From an uncultured candidate division Zixibacteria bacterium (lineage in GTDB: Bacteria > Zixibacteria > MSB-5A5 > GN15 > FEB-12), in the NCBI GenBank assembly GCA_963664195.1, contig OY760907.1, positions 2,656,001 to 2,720,000 of the forward strand: DNA of 64,000 nt, given 5' to 3'. Below are positions 27,876 through 36,364 of the stretch, in pieces (within the stretch, counting starts at the first letter, position 1; every line of letters starts with the position of its first letter). A program made the translations under genes and the position numbers. Under the pieces are notes generated by a model. The model had not been told where the DNA came from and did not search any database. It was given only the letters and a program-made list of their open reading frames with translations.

Positions 27876-30812
27876 ATGGCTGCACCCTCACAAAAGTTTG
27901 CCTTTGATAATCGCCTGTTAACAATTGAAGAGCAGTTTCGGCAGCGCCGGCATGATGCCTCCCGAAGCGAACTCAAGCTACTCACCGAGAAGGACTTCAG
28001 TGACGAACCGTATCAACTTGGGTTGTTCTTATCGCTGAAGGCGGATGCCGCCTTCTGCGATGGTGACTATCGCAAGGCACTCGAGCTTGGCAACCGTTCT
28101 GCCAAGCTGCTAGCCTCCTATCCTCTCAACCGGCGCTATGGCCGGGTTCTGCATTTGCTGTCGAAGACCTATTCGGCGACGGGCGACCTGAGAAACGCCG
28201 AGATCAAAGCCGGTGATGCTCTTGCATCTTACCGGCGTGCCTCCGACGCCATGGGGCAGGTCGATTGTCTCAACGAACTGGCGCGTATCTCCTTCATCAG
28301 TTCTCGATTCAAAGTAGCTTGCCAGTATCTGGACGATGCGATTGACCTTGCCCGCGGGAATCACCGTAAGGTTGCGCAGTTGACCGGTAATGCTGCACGT
28401 ATTCGCATCCTCCTTGGCGATTGGGTCAGGGCGGAAACCGATCTGAACTCTGTCATTAAGATCAACGAAGAACAGGGCGAAGAGATTTCGCTTGCCATCA
28501 ACCTGCTCTCGCTGGGCTACCTTCACATGCGCCGTCGCGAACATGTGTTCGCTGACAGGTCCCTGGAGAGAGCTGCCGAGATCATCGACCGGCTCGGACT
28601 GAAACGCGAGCGGGTTATTTATCTCGAGTATGCCGGTGAAATGGCTCTTGAGAAAGGTGATACCTACAAAGCCAAATCGCTTTTGAATGAAGCCTGGCTG
28701 CAGGGGCGTTTGTTGGCTCCGGAATCTTCGCTGGTCTCTCAGGCCGGTCGAAGGCTTGCGGAGGTCGAACTGGCCCTCGATAACCTGAACGATGCTATGT
28801 CGTACGGACAGAAGGCGCTCGATCTTGCCGTGCAGATCGGTGAGCAGGTGGAGATCGGTATGGCCCGAAGTCTGATCTCTCGAGTGTTTGCCGCGCGCGG
28901 GGATTATCAAGACGCCTTGGAATACGGTCATCAGGCTGTGGAAATAGCTCGTTCGCTGGGGGATCCCGTTGATCTCGCCCGTGGATTGCTCACATTTGCG
29001 GATACCATGCAGGCCTCCGGCTCCGACGAACAGGACCGGATCAGGAATCTGTTTGACGAGGCCTCCCGGATATTCAAGAAACTTCATCTTGAATACTGGC
29101 TGGCCGAAACCGAATACCGTGCCGGCATGTTTGCCTGTCAGAACGGCAACCTGTCACGCGGTTTCCGGAAGCTTAATCGTTCCGAACGCATATTCATCGC
29201 TCTTGGCGAAACGGCATGTGCCCGAAAGGTGCATCAGTTCCTGACTTCTCTGGCCGATCAGGCGGTAGCGTTGTCCGTATCGGAAGACAACGAATTCAAA
29301 CTGTTTGGCAAGTTGATCAAGCAGGCGGATATGGATGATCTCAAGGCCGGGCCGATGGGCGAAATCCTCGGCGTTCTTCTCCAGAGAACCGGAGCCGAGA
29401 GGGCAATCATTGTTTCGCCGGATGCCGTTCCCGAGCCGCTGACTACATCCTTTGAAATGACCGCCAGTCAGTCGCGCAAGTTCACCGAGAACTTCAGCCG
29501 GCTGATCGGCGAAGAAATCGCCACCGACAAGCCTACCCTGCGGTTGGATTGTCGTCGTGATCCATACATTAACGACCTGTTCCCGGACATCCCGGATGTG
29601 GTCGCCTCTGTGCTGGTAGTGCCGTTTGTCATGAGCGACAAGTCCACCAGCTTTGTGTACCTCGACAAGCTATCAATTGACAGTATGCTCAATCCGTTCA
29701 GTCAGGATGCGCTTAATTTCACTGTTGGATTCTCCGATCTGATAGCGTTTAAGTCTGCCGAACTCCAACGACTGAAACTGCTTGAGGACAATCGTCGCCT
29801 GAAAGCCCAGTTGATGGAAGAGGCTGCCTTCCCGAATATCATCACCAAAAGCCCGAAAATGCTCGAACTCCTCTCCCAGGTGCGACAGGTTGTGGATTCG
29901 AATATCTCTATCACGATTGAGGGTGAGACCGGGTGCGGGAAGGATCTGCTGGCCCGTGCCATCCATTACAACTCCAACCGTCGCGACAAACGGTTCATTT
30001 CTGTAAACTGTGCCGCATTGCCGGAAACGCTGTTGGAATCAGAGCTGTTCGGATACCGCCGCGGTGCCTTCACAGGCGCCGATCGTGACAAGCCGGGTCT
30101 GTTTGAAGAAGCCGACGGAGGCACCTTCTTCCTTGACGAAATCGCCGACATGCCGCTGAGCGTTCAGGCGAAGATTCTGAGAGTGTTGGAAGAGAAAGAA
30201 GTCGTCCGGCTCGGTGACAGTACTCCTCGGAAGGTTGATGTGCGGGTGCTTTCGGCCACGAATAAAGATCTCAAGATTCAGATGGCGCAAAACCTGTTCC
30301 GTCAGGATCTCTTCTATCGTTTGGCTGCACTCTCTTTCCGCCTGCCGACACTCGGCGAGCGCAAAGAGGACATTCCGTTGCTCGTCAAGCACTTCCTCGG
30401 AGAAAGCGGCAAGAGCGTATCGGCGGATGCCATGAGTCATCTTGTCGGGTACTCCTGGCCGGGTAATGTCCGTGAGCTGCAAAACGAAATCAAAAAGCTG
30501 GTTCTGCTGGCTGGCAACAGCGATATCATTGACACCAGGGTCCTGTCGCAGAAGACGTTGCGGGCGTCGACCGGTGACGGACAGGTCTCTGCCGCGACAT
30601 TCAATCCGGGCGATGATGTGACCTTCAGCGAGCGATACTCGCTCTATGACTATCTGGCCGCCCATGAACGCCGCTTCATCATCAAAGCGCTCAAGGAGCG
30701 AAAGGGTGTCAAGAAGCACGCCGCGGCGATGCTGAATATTCCGGAGTCGACTCTGCGCCTCAAAATCAAAGAGTACGACATCGATATGAAGCGTCTGGAC
30801 CAGGTGAACTAG
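27876..30812 (+). CDS. sigma54-dependent enhancer-binding protein: TPR array, GAF-like domain, AAA+, Fis-HTH
   Basis: About 450 aa of helical TPR-like repeats; SVLVVPF...FVYLD...NPFSQDAL GAF-like segment; Walker A GETGCGKD; intact GAFTGA; FFLDEIAD; WPGNVREL; KKHAAAMLNIPESTLRLKIK. Confidence 0.92.
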   Translation: MAAPSQKFAFDNRLLTIEEQFRQRRHDASRSELKLLTEKDFSDEPYQLGLFLSLKADAAFCDGDYRKALELGNRSAKLLASYPLNRRYGRVLHLLSKTYSATGDLRNAEIKAGDALASYRRASDAMGQVDCLNELARISFISSRFKVACQYLDDAIDLARGNHRKVAQLTGNAARIRILLGDWVRAETDLNSVIKINEEQGEEISLAINLLSLGYLHMRRREHVFADRSLERAAEIIDRLGLKRERVIYLEYAGEMALEKGDTYKAKSLLNEAWLQGRLLAPESSLVSQAGRRLAEVELALDNLNDAMSYGQKALDLAVQIGEQVEIGMARSLISRVFAARGDYQDALEYGHQAVEIARSLGDPVDLARGLLTFADTMQASGSDEQDRIRNLFDEASRIFKKLHLEYWLAETEYRAGMFACQNGNLSRGFRKLNRSERIFIALGETACARKVHQFLTSLADQAVALSVSEDNEFKLFGKLIKQADMDDLKAGPMGEILGVLLQRTGAERAIIVSPDAVPEPLTTSFEMTASQSRKFTENFSRLIGEEIATDKPTLRLDCRRDPYINDLFPDIPDVVASVLVVPFVMSDKSTSFVYLDKLSIDSMLNPFSQDALNFTVGFSDLIAFKSAELQRLKLLEDNRRLKAQLMEEAAFPNIITKSPKMLELLSQVRQVVDSNISITIEGETGCGKDLLARAIHYNSNRRDKRFISVNCAALPETLLESELFGYRRGAFTGADRDKPGLFEEADGGTFFLDEIADMPLSVQAKILRVLEEKEVVRLGDSTPRKVDVRVLSATNKDLKIQMAQNLFRQDLFYRLAALSFRLPTLGERKEDIPLLVKHFLGESGKSVSADAMSHLVGYSWPGNVRELQNEIKKLVLLAGNSDIIDTRVLSQKTLRASTGDGQVSAATFNPGDDVTFSERYSLYDYLAAHERRFIIKALKERKGVKKHAAAMLNIPESTLRLKIKEYDIDMKRLDQVN

Positions 30813-30837
30813 CCCACTTTTTTATCAGAAGCCTATT

Positions 30838-30865
30838 GCGCCCCGCTCGTCGGGGCGCTTTTTTT
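30838..30865 (+). terminator. Intrinsic terminator
   Basis: GCGCCCCG-CTCGT-CGGGGCGC followed by T7. Confidence 0.8.
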
Positions 30866-30869
30866 ATGT

Positions 30870-31688
30870 ATGTCGGATTGTCTGTTCTTTAACCATTACG
30901 CCGCCGATCCGTATTTCAATATGGCTTTCGACGAGTGGATGCTTGGTTGTGCACTTGCCGCCCCCGGGGCCATGATGCTGCGACTCTATACGTGGCGAGT
31001 CGGCACGATTACTTTCGGAGTGAACCAACGCGAGGATACCGCTCTAGATTTCTCTAAGACCGGTGACACGCCGGTAATTCGACGTATTACCGGAGGGCGC
31101 GCAGTCTACCACGATATCTCGGAACTGACCTACTCGATTGTGGTCAATCCGTTCAGGCGCGACAGAGAGAAGCTCGCCGGCTCGGTGTCGACCACGTACC
31201 GCGCGATTGCCGAGGCCCTGCGGGGATTCTTGGGCGAACTGGGCCTGGCGTCAGAATTGGTTGCTCGTTCATCGCCTGAGAATGCACACCCCCACGTTTT
31301 TCACAAAGCCCCCTGCTTCGAATCGGTTGCCCGCAACGAGTTGGTGAGCGGGGGAGAGAAGATTGTCGCCTCGGCCCAGCGTCAGGTGAAAGGGGTGATT
31401 CTCCAGCACGGATCAATCAAACTCACCGGCCTCGCCAGTCATCCTGCTCTGAATGGCATTGATACTGATGAGGCCGCGCCCCCGCAAGTGCTTACGAAAG
31501 AGCGATTTGATGACCTGGCCTCACGGTTCCCGGGCGCAGTAGGGAGCGGACTGGGCGTGACCTTCACGGCCGCAGAGGTCTCCGGTGACTGTGTGAAGGC
31601 GGTGAATACGCTCGCACAGGCGGTCTCAGGAAATTCTCTTTTGCGCCGTGATATAGTTAAACAAACCAGTTTGCCAAACGGTCTATAA
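30870..31688 (+). CDS. Lipoate-protein ligase A / LipM-like octanoyltransferase
   Basis: FNMAFDE, LRLYTW, RRITGGRAVYH, ELTYS, PCF, KIVASAQ, ILQHGSI. Confidence 0.85.
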   Translation: MSDCLFFNHYAADPYFNMAFDEWMLGCALAAPGAMMLRLYTWRVGTITFGVNQREDTALDFSKTGDTPVIRRITGGRAVYHDISELTYSIVVNPFRRDREKLAGSVSTTYRAIAEALRGFLGELGLASELVARSSPENAHPHVFHKAPCFESVARNELVSGGEKIVASAQRQVKGVILQHGSIKLTGLASHPALNGIDTDEAAPPQVLTKERFDDLASRFPGAVGSGLGVTFTAAEVSGDCVKAVNTLAQAVSGNSLLRRDIVKQTSLPNGL

Positions 31689-31725
31689 CGTAGCGGCTTA
31701 GAAGGGCAATTCGGGAAGAATTCGC

Positions 31726-31755
31726 TTGACTTGCCGCCCCTTGAAGGCCTATCTT
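31726..31755 (+). promoter_or_regulatory. sigma70-type promoter for the TonB receptor operon (about 220-nt leader)
   Basis: TTGACT-18 bp-TATCTT. Confidence 0.45.
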
Positions 31756-31984
31756 CGGCCTTATTCGGAAGTGTGTGTTGCTGCTATTTGGTATGCGACG
31801 GTTGATAGGTTTGGGAGAGTGACGCGTGCGGTAAGTCGTTGATTACCCGCTGCTGACACCTTTCCCTGAAAGCTTTAAACAGAAGTGCACCGCGATATGT
31901 CGGGGTGCATTTGGATGTGGAACATTGAGTTGCACGTTCTGACAACGTGATGATCGAGTTTCGATTTCTCGAGGAGGAAACGCA

Positions 31985-34900
31985 ATGGTTGGGATAAGCA
32001 AAAGGCTGCTTTCGCTGGTAGTGGTCCTGGCACTAGGGGCCCTCTTACTGCCACTCGAATCTTTTGCTGCGTCGACCGGACAAATCAAGGGACGTCTTAC
32101 CGACAGAGATTCTGGCGAACCGGTGATCGGTGCGACCGTGATGGTGGTCGGCACGTCAAATGGAGCTATGAGTGACCTGGATGGTAATTTCGCCATTCTG
32201 CGCTTGGAGCCGGGCGTGTACACGGTGAAGATCTCCAGTGTGGAGTACCGGACTGTCGAAGTGACGGATGTCGACGTGAAGATTGATGAAACCTTCGAGG
32301 TTAATCAGAAACTGGACAAAGCGATTACTGAGCTTGAAGAAGTCATCACGGTTATTGGGCAGGCGCCCATTATCGACAAATTCGTTACCACTTCTCAGGT
32401 CTCTATCAGCCAGGATGAGATTAAGAGCCTTCCGGTCGCTACCGTTGACAACCTTCTCGATAAGGTGGCTGGCGTACAGACTACTGCCGAGGGTGAAGTG
32501 TTCATCCGTGGCGGTCGTGCCGGTGAGGTCGCGTACATCGTTGATGGTGTGCCGCTCGGCGACCCGATTGGCGGCTCCAGCATCGGCGCCAGTCTCTCGC
32601 TCGTGTCGGGATCGATTTCTGAGATCCAGATTATCAAAGACGGCTTTGACCCGGAGTACGGTAATGCCCTCTCGGGTGTCATCAATATTCGAAATTTGAC
32701 CGGCAACAAGGACAACACTGTCCTTAACCTCAAGTATATTACCGACGACCTCGGAAATCGGGATATGAACAAGTACTCCCGAAATCAGGACAACCTCGTC
32801 TTCTCCCTGTCGGGACCGGATCCGATCCTGAGTTCACGAATCCTGCCGGCACTGGGTATCACCCTTCTCAAGGACCAGGAGTTTACGTATTACCTGTATT
32901 TTGAGATGGACAAAAACGACGGGTTCCACAAGTGGTCCGACTACGATACACAGGAAACCAAGGCGGACGCCGCTTCGTACAATATCCTCGGTTTTGAGCT
33001 TCCCGAGCGTGCCTGGAATCAGTACAACGTCCAGTTCAATACGAAATTCAGACCGAAACAGAACCTGAAGTTTGTCGCTTCTTACAAACGCTGGTACACC
33101 AAGGCGCAACCGTTCGATTGGAGATACCGGTATTCTGCCGCTACCGCGCCTGTTATCAAGCAGGACCGCGAGGCGTTTTCTTTGGAAGTTACCCACGCTG
33201 TTTCCAAGGACATGAACTACGAAATGATCGTCTCCATGACGGATCTTGAGTATACCGAGGCCCCGGGTGATCCAATCCACCCCGGAAAAACCGTGGAACC
33301 GGATGACTTTGATCTGGATAGCCAGGTGGAATCGTTCCAGGACAAAAACGGCAACGGTGTGTACGACGCCCCGGAGCCGATTATTAACCTGTACCCGGAT
33401 ACTGCCTCCTACGGCACCAATTTCACCGGCCCGGGATATACTTACGGTGAAGGACAGACGGTAGGTCTCGACAGCCATGGCAACATCGTTTGGTTCAATT
33501 TCAATAACAACGGCATCATAGATTATATAGAAGGGGAACCGTACCTTGATCTCAACGGCAACGGTGTCTGGGACGAGGGCGACGATCTAAACGACAAGAA
33601 CGGCAACGGAATCCTTGACCGGGTTGATATGATCAATAATGTTACTCTGGAACCGTTTGTCGACGGTGACCTGGTCCTCGGCGAACCATTCTATGATCTT
33701 AATTTCAACGGCGTGTATGATGAAGGCGTTGATGAATTCTATATTGACGTTGCTGGCCGTAACCAGGACCTGAACCACAACGGTCAGCACGATGGCCCGG
33801 AAGACGGTTGGAGCCCCGGCGTGCCGTTCATGGATCGCAATGGCAACGGCATCTATGACGCACCGAACAATCGCTATGACGTTGGCGAAGCTTATACCGA
33901 CTTAAACGGCAACGGCGTATGCGACCGCACTCCGGTTTCATTCCTGGACCCGGGCAGTTTCGATGAAGACGCTGACTGGACAGATTATCATGTGCGGACT
34001 TACCGCGGTGAATTCAAGGTTGTCCGCCAGATGGGGCGTCATGAAGTGAAGTCCGGCGTCTTTTTCCAGCGGGACGAAGTGGACTACGGTCATATTGAAC
34101 AGCCGTACATGCAGTACACCGGTCGCCCGGACACCACCAACGCCTATGTCGGCCGTGGCGCGTTCCGCGATTTCTACGCCTACAAACCGTTCTCCGGCGC
34201 GGTCTATTTCCGCGACAAGATCGAGTACGGTTCAATGATTGCCTCTCTCGGCCTTCGGTGGGATTTCTTCCTGCAGGATGTCAACGAGCTGGCTGCCACG
34301 CTTCGCCAGGATGACCGTGGTGGTCTCGTTGAGGGTGATCGTCACAAATTCTCGCCCCGTATCGGATTTTCTTACCCGATCTCGGATAAGGCAAAAGTGT
34401 ATTTCAACTACGGTCACTTCTTCCAGTTGCCGGGCTTTGCCCGCATGTACGCCAGAAACACCGTTTCGGCCAACCAGGCTGACGTGCTCGGCAACCCGAA
34501 CCTGACCTATGAAAAGACCATTCAGTATTCCTTTGGGGTCAAGTATGCGATGTCTGAAAGCTACTCTGTCGATGTCGAGGGATACTTCAAGGACGAGTTT
34601 GACAAGATCAACAGCGGCGTAATCTACGGTGATTACTTGCAAAGACAGCAGTTCCTGAACAAGGACTACGGTCGCAGCCGCGGCTTTGAGATAACACTCG
34701 AAAAACGCGGTGGCGGATACGTGAACGGATCACTCAGTTACACGTACGCCTACGCCTACGGCAAAGCCTCCAAGACCAACGAGCAGTTCCAGAATGACCT
34801 GGTGCTCTCTCGCGAGCCGCTTACCGAGTCACCGCTTGATCACGATATCAGGCATAGCGTGCAGGCTGGCGTACAGGTCTACATGCCGAATAACGTCAAG

Positions 34901-35302
34901 CCGAGATTGTTTGGCATACCGATCCCGAACGGATGGTCCTTGTCACTCGAATCCATTGTTCGTAGCGGCAAGCCGTTCACTCCGGATGCGAAGTACCCAT
35001 ACATTTCACAGTCGGGAACTGAGGATATCGAGACGAACTCGCTGAGGTATCCTGGAACGGCCGTGTTTGATGCTCGCTTCTCGAAGGAATTCAAGCTCGT
35101 GGATCTGGATTGGCAGTTCATTGTGTGGGTTGAAAACATATTCGACTCTAAGAACGTCACAGGCATCTATACGAATACCGGACGTCCGGACACTAGACAG
35201 TTGCAGTATGGTGTTGTAGAGGCCGGTACGCCTTACGATCTGAACCCGGACAACTGGGATTACGGTCGTCAGATTCGCCTCGGTATTGAGGTTAGCATTT
35301 AG
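31985..35302 (+). CDS. TonB-dependent receptor with a CarboxypepD_reg-like N-domain and an inserted DxNxNG repeat region
   Basis: Signal peptide; TGQIKGRLTD..GEPVIGATV; plug IRGGR.GEVAYIVDG; GFDPEYGNALSGVINI; FSPRIGFSYPI; GNPNL.YEKT; C-terminal RQIRLGIEVSI; GGAGG RBS. Confidence 0.9.
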   Translation: MVGISKRLLSLVVVLALGALLLPLESFAASTGQIKGRLTDRDSGEPVIGATVMVVGTSNGAMSDLDGNFAILRLEPGVYTVKISSVEYRTVEVTDVDVKIDETFEVNQKLDKAITELEEVITVIGQAPIIDKFVTTSQVSISQDEIKSLPVATVDNLLDKVAGVQTTAEGEVFIRGGRAGEVAYIVDGVPLGDPIGGSSIGASLSLVSGSISEIQIIKDGFDPEYGNALSGVINIRNLTGNKDNTVLNLKYITDDLGNRDMNKYSRNQDNLVFSLSGPDPILSSRILPALGITLLKDQEFTYYLYFEMDKNDGFHKWSDYDTQETKADAASYNILGFELPERAWNQYNVQFNTKFRPKQNLKFVASYKRWYTKAQPFDWRYRYSAATAPVIKQDREAFSLEVTHAVSKDMNYEMIVSMTDLEYTEAPGDPIHPGKTVEPDDFDLDSQVESFQDKNGNGVYDAPEPIINLYPDTASYGTNFTGPGYTYGEGQTVGLDSHGNIVWFNFNNNGIIDYIEGEPYLDLNGNGVWDEGDDLNDKNGNGILDRVDMINNVTLEPFVDGDLVLGEPFYDLNFNGVYDEGVDEFYIDVAGRNQDLNHNGQHDGPEDGWSPGVPFMDRNGNGIYDAPNNRYDVGEAYTDLNGNGVCDRTPVSFLDPGSFDEDADWTDYHVRTYRGEFKVVRQMGRHEVKSGVFFQRDEVDYGHIEQPYMQYTGRPDTTNAYVGRGAFRDFYAYKPFSGAVYFRDKIEYGSMIASLGLRWDFFLQDVNELAATLRQDDRGGLVEGDRHKFSPRIGFSYPISDKAKVYFNYGHFFQLPGFARMYARNTVSANQADVLGNPNLTYEKTIQYSFGVKYAMSESYSVDVEGYFKDEFDKINSGVIYGDYLQRQQFLNKDYGRSRGFEITLEKRGGGYVNGSLSYTYAYAYGKASKTNEQFQNDLVLSREPLTESPLDHDIRHSVQAGVQVYMPNNVKPRLFGIPIPNGWSLSLESIVRSGKPFTPDAKYPYISQSGTEDIETNSLRYPGTAVFDARFSKEFKLVDLDWQFIVWVENIFDSKNVTGIYTNTGRPDTRQLQYGVVEAGTPYDLNPDNWDYGRQIRLGIEVSI

Positions 35303-35351
35303 TTGAAGATAGCTGCGGGAGATAGTCCTTATGAATATATATGAGGTAAAG

Positions 35352-36344
35352 ATGTTTAGTGAGCATAGTCGGCGCTCCTGGCAAGACAGGCCCGGACACG
35401 CCCTGGTGCTGATGGCTTCACTGGTGATTGCCTGCCTTCTGATTCTCAGCACGCCTGCGGATGTTTCCGCTCAGGCTAAGGTCGGTACTACCGGTGCCCA
35501 GTTCCTTGAACTTGGCGTGTCGGCACGTTCGATGGGTATGGGCGGAGCCTACACCGCCGTTACCAACGACGTATCGGCAGTCTATTACAACCCGGCCGCG
35601 CTGACCTCAATCCTGGGGCGTGAAGTGATGGCTACGTACATTGATATGCCGGCCGACGTCCAGTACGGATTCGCCGCTGTCGGAATGCCGCTGGAGTCAA
35701 TCGGTGGTGTTCTTGGTATTGGTGTGTACGCCCTGACTTCCGGGGAGATGATTGAGCGCACGTACAATAACGGAACTGGCGACGGTACCGGGCGGACGTT
35801 TTCCTACAACGATCTTGCGCTCTCAGTCGGCTATGGCCGCTACCTGACAGATCGCTTCTCGATTGGATTCACGGTTCGCTATATCGGTGAATATGCTCAC
35901 GATTACACGGCCAACGGTTGGTCGGCCGACGTGGGTGTTGACTATAACACCGGGTATCGCGCGTTCCGACTCTCGATGGCTATCACGAACTTCGGACCGG
36001 ACCTTACCTTCATTGCCGATGAGTACCCGCTGCCGATCAACTTCAAGTTCGGTGGCTCGATCAACGTTGTCGATGGACTCGATCATGTGATCAAGCTCGC
36101 TGCGGAAGGTTCTCACCCGTCAGACAACCTCGAGAAGTATAACGCCGGTATGGAGTACGTCTTCAAAGAGATGTTTTCCCTGAGAATTGGCAGTCGCTTC
36201 AATTACGATGCCGACGGCATCACCGCTGGCGGGGGCATTCGCCTTCCGTACGGTGAGGATGGCGAGATGCGATTTGACTACGCATATCAGGATTTTGGCA
36301 TCCTGACAGAAGTTCACCGTTTCACTATGTCGTTGGCTTTTTAA
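35352..36344 (+). CDS. PorV/PorQ-family outer-membrane beta-barrel
   Basis: KVGTTGAQFLELGVSARSMGMG.A...YYNPA; NFGPD; LPINFKFG; FDYAY.DFG.L..VHRFTMSLAF. Start is 35352 or 35331. Confidence 0.88.
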   Translation: MFSEHSRRSWQDRPGHALVLMASLVIACLLILSTPADVSAQAKVGTTGAQFLELGVSARSMGMGGAYTAVTNDVSAVYYNPAALTSILGREVMATYIDMPADVQYGFAAVGMPLESIGGVLGIGVYALTSGEMIERTYNNGTGDGTGRTFSYNDLALSVGYGRYLTDRFSIGFTVRYIGEYAHDYTANGWSADVGVDYNTGYRAFRLSMAITNFGPDLTFIADEYPLPINFKFGGSINVVDGLDHVIKLAAEGSHPSDNLEKYNAGMEYVFKEMFSLRIGSRFNYDADGITAGGGIRLPYGEDGEMRFDYAYQDFGILTEVHRFTMSLAF

Positions 36345-36364
36345 GGGGAGAAGGCGAATAGAAA

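Noticed and set aside
31918..31934. TGGAAC...TTGCA upstream of the TonB receptor as a sigma54 promoter
   Set aside because: Spacing is GG-N11-GC; sigma54 requires N10.
31756..31984. Long leader of the TonB receptor as a cobalamin or TPP riboswitch
   Set aside because: Some short hairpins are present, but I could not find the B12-box or TPP core motifs; an Rfam scan would settle it.
33335..33926. Recurring AACGGCAACGG DNA motifs as a CRISPR or DNA repeat array
   Set aside because: They are in-frame codons for NGNG protein repeats with irregular spacing; no cas genes are present.
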